The position numbers and the translations under genes were made by a program. The notes below the pieces were generated by a model. It saw only the letters and a program-made list of their open reading frames with translations. It did no database searches and had not been told where the DNA came from. Shown in pieces: positions 58,949 through 64,000 of a stretch of DNA of 64,000 nt. Every line of letters begins with the position of its first letter. The stretch's first letter is position 1. Origin of the DNA: an uncultured bacterium (GTDB lineage Bacteria; Zixibacteria; MSB-5A5; UBA10806); NCBI GenBank assembly GCA_965541585.1, contig CBEUCH010000003.1:64001-128000 (forward strand), written 5' to 3'.

Positions 58949-59905
58949 CTACATTATGTCGTCTGAAGCTCGTGGGTTTGATCTAGAATAATTCTCCAAA
59001 GCCGAATCCAAAATCTTTTTGATCTCCTTCCGCGCCGATTGCGGCTCCAGTATTTCGGCCTCGGGGCCGAACCCTAAAATCCAACGGATGAATTCCTCGC
59101 GGCCGGCAACGGTCGTTTCATAAATGATAGAACCGTCCTTTAACTCTGTAATCTCCTCGTAGGGCTGATGTTTAGATGTTTTAACCATAACGGCGGCTTG
59201 GCCTGAAAACTTCACCTTGAATTTGGTTAATTTGCCCTTGTAGACTCCCCAACTATTTTGAAAATACTCCTCTATGGAGAAATTCTCTGGCATCTGGAAT
59301 TTTTCGCGGGATAATCCGACGGTTTGAATCCTGCCGAGACGGAAGGTGCGGATATCGTCTCTCAAATAGCAATGCCCAACCAGGTACCAGGCGCTCTTTC
59401 TAAACGCCATGGCGTACGGGGATATCTTCCTTTTTGTCTTCTCGCCTTTCAGAGATTCGTACGATATAGTGATATTTCTTTTTTCTCTGATGGCATTCTC
59501 AACCGACGAAGTCAGTTTATGATTGATCGATTTCTCGGTAGACACGACTCCTATGGCGATACTTCCCGAGGCATTTTTGCTTTCATCTGTGACCTCGATC
59601 TTTTCAGTAATTCTTCTGGCCGTTTCACGAAATGGTCCTCCCTTTTCGAACAGCGGCGATTTTAGAAGGCTCAGCAAAAATCCCGCCTCGTGGGCTGAAA
59701 GGTTGGTTGGCGGCAGGAAACCGTCATGCAGGAGCTTGTAGCCGCCGTCGAAATAGATCGGGATATTGGCGGCGGAGATGGAGATAATATCCCGGTAAAT
59801 CGTGCGCTCGGTGACTCCGCATTTCCTGGCCAGGTCCGACGCTCTTAGTCTACGATTTAACCGCAACAGGGATAAAATATATAATAGTCGCTCTGTTTTC
59901 CTCAC
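58949..59905 (-). CDS. WYL-domain HTH transcriptional regulator (YafY/PafC-like)
   Basis: HTH LARKCGVTERTIYRDI, R.ISPY..WYLVG.C..R.DIRTFRLGRI, WILGFG..EILEP. GTG 59905 is preferred over the ORF-track start 60052. Confidence 0.93.
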   Translation of the reverse strand: MRKTERLLYILSLLRLNRRLRASDLARKCGVTERTIYRDIISISAANIPIYFDGGYKLLHDGFLPPTNLSAHEAGFLLSLLKSPLFEKGGPFRETARRITEKIEVTDESKNASGSIAIGVVSTEKSINHKLTSSVENAIREKRNITISYESLKGEKTKRKISPYAMAFRKSAWYLVGHCYLRDDIRTFRLGRIQTVGLSREKFQMPENFSIEEYFQNSWGVYKGKLTKFKVKFSGQAAVMVKTSKHQPYEEITELKDGSIIYETTVAGREEFIRWILGFGPEAEILEPQSARKEIKKILDSALENYSRSNPRASDDIM

Positions 59906-59911
59906 CGGGAA

Positions 59912-59940
59912 AATATAGATTCGTCTTTTCTCGATGTCAA
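59912..59940 (-). promoter_or_regulatory. sigma70 promoter giving a leaderless WYL transcript
   Basis: On the minus strand: TTGACA-N17-TATATT, 6 nt, then GTG. No SD. Confidence 0.7.
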
Positions 59941-60183
59941 TGTCTATAAAGCAGCTCATAAATTGCCGGATGAAGTCAAATAGTATAGGCCTGATCCCAT
60001 AATAAACAGACAAAGAGGTCAAGATAGCCTCCCGGGTGGCATTGCAATTCACTCTCCAGGCCGTTATAATCTATTGGATTGCATCAGGTTCCAAATCCAT
60101 TGCAATATTGAACGCTTCTCCTTCCGTCCGGCACAGCCATTGCAGAAAGCTCCTCTCAGAAATCATCAAATCAGGGGGGGAAT

Positions 60184-62208
60184 ATGATCTTAAGAAAGAA
60201 TATCCCGAAAGGGTCGACGGCACTGGCGCTGACCTTACCGATCTTGGTTTTGTTCCTGGCATCCGGGTGCTCTTTTGATACACCCAAATCGCCGTCCTGG
60301 GTGACAACCTGGGACGTTCCTATTGCCAATAGGACGTATGATATTGCGGAGCTTCTGGAGCGAATCGACGATTCGAACATCATTACCGACAGCCTGGGCA
60401 ATCCTGCGTTTTCAATAACGCAAACCATCGATACCATCGCCGTGGAGGATAACCTGACGGTCGATGGCATAACCATTGACGTGCAGGATTCCGTCGGCGC
60501 AATTGATATCGAGCCACCCAGCGATGAGTCGGCAACCACGAATGTCAACGATTTTCTGCCCGTTAACCTGGGTGTGGTTCCACCAATATCCTTCAGCTAC
60601 AATGAGGCGCTGACGGCTCTGGATAGATTTAGTTGGATGGATGTTGAATCAGGTACACTCGATCTGACTTTTTATAACGGCCTTGAGGTTGATCTGGATA
60701 CGTTTGAGGTGACTGTTATCGATGAATCCGACATGCATGTTGTAGGCGTTGCGACTTATACGAATGGCCTAAGCTATCTCGAAACCGAAACTCAATCTAT
60801 CGATCTTTCCGGACAACGGATTTCCAATACCCTTTCAATGAACTTTGATGGACACACCCCGGGCGGGGTTTTAATATACGCAGGCCCTCTAAACCTAAAT
60901 GCCACCGCGTCATTTCCGGATAGTATCACCGTTACCGCCGCCAGGGCCGAGACGCCGGCAATAAACATCAACCAGACCCAGTCGACTGCACTCACAGATT
61001 CCACCAGAATCATATCATCGTCGATATCCGGGGGGACGCTTCAATTCGATATTTCGAACTACACACAACTTCCTTTCACAATTGACATTCTGTCCACCAA
61101 TTTCACAAGCTCCGGTAGTCCGCTTCAGATAAACAGGCAGGTTGTCGCCATGGGAGTGACCCAGGTGAATATAGATCTGGCCGGATATAGCTTCACACCC
61201 ACTGACAGCGGTTCGTCGCAATTTGTCGATGTTGAAATGAGCGCAGTCGCGCCAGCCTCAGCGCCGCTACAGTATACGGTCAGCTCATCTGACAGCCTGG
61301 GAATACATGTAGATCTTTCCAGTATAACCTTCGCCTCTATTACCGGTCAGATCCAGCCGACCTCGGTTGATATAGACCCTGTTCAACAGGATGTCGAGAT
61401 TCCGGAGGGTATGGATCAAGCCCGGCTGACTCAAGCGGTGTTGAGCCTGAATCTATACAATAACAGCACCGTCGATGCTGATATCGATCTGCTCCTGCAG
61501 GGGGGAGGCAATTCCATCGCCATCAACGATCGCATGTCGGGAAAGAGCTCACCGGGGGCCTCAGCCGAGCTGACGACAATATCTATTAGTTCGCAGGAAC
61601 TCTCGGATTTCCTAAATCCCCCGCCCAGCCAGATTACGATTTCAGGCCAGGCGATATTGAACCCCGATTATGCGATATCAACAATTACTGCTAACGATAA
61701 TTTCTACGGCGAGGTGGAAATCTACTCGCCATTTGCGTTTGCTATTTCGGATACGATATCGATCGATATGGATATTTCAGATTCCGAAATAGATGCAGAT
61801 TCGCGACCCGACAATTTCGATGAAACCTTTAGATATGGCACCATTGACGTTGAATTCGACAGCCACCTGCCCCTGGGACTGTCGATGACGCTTTATATAG
61901 GGATTGTTTCGGATTCCACTCTATATGATCATCCGGCTACCCTTATTCTAGGGCCGTACTCGCTTGAGCCGGGTATAACAGATGGGAACGGACATGTGAT
62001 CGAATCTGTAATTTCGAATATCTCCGATTCCTTAAACAGCGATCAGTTCAGTATTTTCGATAACGATACGGTCTATTTCGGCCAGATGATAAATCTACTG
62101 CCGACCGATACCGCAGGCGTCCAGGTCTTGGGAGCAGATTATATCAGCCTAAAATCCAACGCCAGGCTGCAGGTTCAGATCGGCGATAATATCTGGGATA
62201 ATGAATAG
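60184..62208 (+). CDS. Large acidic beta-rich lipoprotein of unknown function
   Basis: Lipobox LFLASG-C, D/S/T/I-rich composition, and four internally similar beta-sandwich segments. Confidence 0.75.
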   Translation: MILRKNIPKGSTALALTLPILVLFLASGCSFDTPKSPSWVTTWDVPIANRTYDIAELLERIDDSNIITDSLGNPAFSITQTIDTIAVEDNLTVDGITIDVQDSVGAIDIEPPSDESATTNVNDFLPVNLGVVPPISFSYNEALTALDRFSWMDVESGTLDLTFYNGLEVDLDTFEVTVIDESDMHVVGVATYTNGLSYLETETQSIDLSGQRISNTLSMNFDGHTPGGVLIYAGPLNLNATASFPDSITVTAARAETPAININQTQSTALTDSTRIISSSISGGTLQFDISNYTQLPFTIDILSTNFTSSGSPLQINRQVVAMGVTQVNIDLAGYSFTPTDSGSSQFVDVEMSAVAPASAPLQYTVSSSDSLGIHVDLSSITFASITGQIQPTSVDIDPVQQDVEIPEGMDQARLTQAVLSLNLYNNSTVDADIDLLLQGGGNSIAINDRMSGKSSPGASAELTTISISSQELSDFLNPPPSQITISGQAILNPDYAISTITANDNFYGEVEIYSPFAFAISDTISIDMDISDSEIDADSRPDNFDETFRYGTIDVEFDSHLPLGLSMTLYIGIVSDSTLYDHPATLILGPYSLEPGITDGNGHVIESVISNISDSLNSDQFSIFDNDTVYFGQMINLLPTDTAGVQVLGADYISLKSNARLQVQIGDNIWDNE

Positions 62209-62217
62209 GAGGGGATA

Positions 62218-63492
62218 ATGAAGATCATCAGGAAATCATTCGGAATATTGTCAGGGAGTTTTTTGATATGCCTGTTCGCTTTCGGAATGGCCCTGGGATG
62301 GGGGGAATCCAGCCCGAGGGCCGTGGCCATGGGAGGGGCTTACACTGCCTTGGCCAGAAACATCGAGGCTCCTTACTGGAATCCGGCCAATCTCGGCCTC
62401 TCCGACGGCAACGGGCTCTCGATCAACCTGTTTAATGTCGGGGTCGGGGTAAAAAACAATAGTTTTTCGCTGTCGGCATATGATAAGTATAATGGCAAGT
62501 TTCTCACCGACGGCGATAAACAGGATATTTTAAACTCGATCCCTGCCGACGGCCTCTCGCTTGATCTGCTGGCGGAGGTATCGGCATTGAACTTCTCGGT
62601 AGGCAATTTCGCGGTAACCTATAAGGGGTATGCCGCCTCAAGCATAAGTATAGACCGCGATCCATTCGAATTACTGCTCTACGGTAATGCCGTAATGCGC
62701 GAGGTATCCTTTTCAAACAGTCGGAGCGAGGGTTACGGCATAGGAGATGCCTCGTTGTCGTATGGCAGGGCTATCCGGGAATGGCAGGGTGGTGAGTTTG
62801 CTGTTGGAGCCAGCTTCCATTATCTAAAAGGTTTGGCTTACCAGAAGATTCTTGAAGCGGACGGTGGGGTGGTTACTACTGATACCGGATTCGTCGGCAG
62901 CGGAAACATGCTAATGCGCACTGCACTGGGAGGCTCCGGATTCGCGACGGATCTGGGAGTTTCGGTTCGATTCGAGGAAAACTGGTATTTCTCGGCTGCC
63001 TGGCAGAATGCTTACAGTAAGCTGGTCTGGGATAACGAAACCGAGGAAACGTTATTCACATTCGATATGCAGCCCGTTACGATTGACGCCCTGGCCGACA
63101 GCGCCGAAAGCGACTCTCTGGTGACATCCAGCGATACGACCTACTCCGTGGATTCATTCGGCTCGACTCTGCCATCGGTCTTCAAGCTTGGATTGGCGAG
63201 GAATTACCGTAACATGTTGTGGTCGGTGGACTGGGTACAGGGTTTTTCGAATCGTCCCGGACAGGGGGTAAATCCGAGGATCTCCGCGGGATTTGAGTAT
63301 AAACCCTTAGGCTTCCTGCCGCTCAGAACCGGATTCGGATTCGGCGGCAACCAGGGCACCGTTTATTCGTTCGGATTTGGACTTCATTTCGGACCGTATA
63401 ATTTCGATTTAGGACTGGCAAATTCGGGCTCGCCGTTTCCGTGGCATACAAAAGGGGCAAAAGTTGCTCTCGGAATGGGCCTTTATTTCTAA
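62218..63492 (+). CDS. FadL/PorV/DUF5723-like outer membrane beta-barrel protein
   Basis: Signal peptide, PRAVAMGGAYTALA..YWNPANL plug motif, GFATDLG, GFEY..LPLR.G, amphipathic strands, C-terminal F. Confidence 0.78.
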   Translation: MKIIRKSFGILSGSFLICLFAFGMALGWGESSPRAVAMGGAYTALARNIEAPYWNPANLGLSDGNGLSINLFNVGVGVKNNSFSLSAYDKYNGKFLTDGDKQDILNSIPADGLSLDLLAEVSALNFSVGNFAVTYKGYAASSISIDRDPFELLLYGNAVMREVSFSNSRSEGYGIGDASLSYGRAIREWQGGEFAVGASFHYLKGLAYQKILEADGGVVTTDTGFVGSGNMLMRTALGGSGFATDLGVSVRFEENWYFSAAWQNAYSKLVWDNETEETLFTFDMQPVTIDALADSAESDSLVTSSDTTYSVDSFGSTLPSVFKLGLARNYRNMLWSVDWVQGFSNRPGQGVNPRISAGFEYKPLGFLPLRTGFGFGGNQGTVYSFGFGLHFGPYNFDLGLANSGSPFPWHTKGAKVALGMGLYF

Positions 63493-63507
63493 AAGGAGGG
63501 AAGATAA

Positions 63508-64000
63508 ATGTTTGGGTTGAACAGAATGGTAAGAGAGACAAGACACAGGCTATTTACGCCTCTGATGTTTTTTTCAAGCCTGCTCTTTCTGATGATCACA
63601 TCGATCGCGAGCGCCATGCCGCCGCATCCTGACGTGATAGACAAGATTGAAAGGGGAGAGATAGAGGTTCCCTATCATATTCAGAATAAAGCGGTGCTTG
63701 AGGCGGCCGGTCTCAACTCCGGCGGAGAATCGATTCTTAAGAAAGCGGGAATTCTTGGCAAACCGGGGGTTTCGGGTAATTTTAAGATCCTGACGCTTCT
63801 TGTCGATTTTTCCGATAATGCGGCCTCGGTGAACGCTATTGATTTCGATACGCTGGTTTATGTCGATGTTAGCGGCAGCGTCAACAATTTCTACAGAGAA
63901 AACTCCTACAATAACCTGTCCATTGTTTCGCCCATATACCCGTCATCATTGGGGTGGTATCGGGCGCCGCAGACATATAGTTATTATGTCAATAACAACT
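63508..64000 (+). CDS. Secreted M6-family (immune inhibitor A-like) metalloprotease, 3' truncated by the window
   Basis: Hand translation from ATG 63508 (SD AGGAGG): signal peptide ..IASA-MPPHP, LLVDFSD, GSVNNFYRENSY..L, GWYRAPQTYSYY. The frame stays open to the window end, so it is absent from the ORF track. The catalytic HExxH motif lies outside the window. Confidence 0.75.
   Translation, partial: MFGLNRMVRETRHRLFTPLMFFSSLLFLMITSIASAMPPHPDVIDKIERGEIEVPYHIQNKAVLEAAGLNSGGESILKKAGILGKPGVSGNFKILTLLVDFSDNAASVNAIDFDTLVYVDVSGSVNNFYRENSYNNLSIVSPIYPSSLGWYRAPQTYSYYVNNN

Noticed and set aside
59906..60052. 49-aa N-terminal extension of the WYL regulator given by the ORF track
   Set aside because: The extension spans a near-consensus promoter, and family similarity starts at GTG 59905.
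63441..63632. 63-aa plus-strand ORF at the window end
   Set aside because: It overlaps the barrel gene end and the better supported open frame from ATG 63508, which has an SD and M6 protease motifs.

Overview
A 64 kb stretch of chromosome from a diderm (Gram-negative-type) bacterium. Its many secreted proteins with NYPNPFN-type C-terminal domains, together with rny/zapA and flagella, suggest an FCB-related lineage such as Zixibacteria (inference only). In order, it holds: (1) a flagellin glycosylation and filament locus (dehydratase, DegT aminotransferase, acyltransferase, TPR protein, TPR-GT2, 751-aa fliC, 782-aa fliD, fliS, FlgN/FliT-like, flgM-like, HDOD), with sigma28-like promoters and a GGA-hairpin leader; (2) a housekeeping run (tRNA-Val, thrS, infC, rpmI, rplT, pheST, zapB-like, zapA, rny, ymdB-like, folD, xseA, MerR-like, tRNA-Pro); (3) an 11 kb block of secreted proteins containing a 2811-bp-period mosaic tandem duplication; (4) GT2, surE, TPR, MurJ-like flippase, GT, tRNA-Glu, TerB-like and citryl-CoA lyase genes; (5) a complete F0F1 operon; (6) VOC, a hypothetical gene, gdhA with a Rex-like box, cyclophilin, dxr, rseP and a leaderless WYL regulator; (7) a lipoprotein / FadL-PorV-like barrel / M6 protease operon cut by the window end. 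The most notable signal is that Sec-exported proteins are strongly enriched in the Bacteroidetes O-glycosylation sequon D-(S/T)-(A/I/L/V/M/T). The flagellar-exported, S/T-rich FliC and FliD almost lack it, which points to two parallel protein glycosylation routes. No CRISPR array, integrase, transposase or reverse transcriptase was seen. All calls come from reading the sequence by eye, and no database searches were run.
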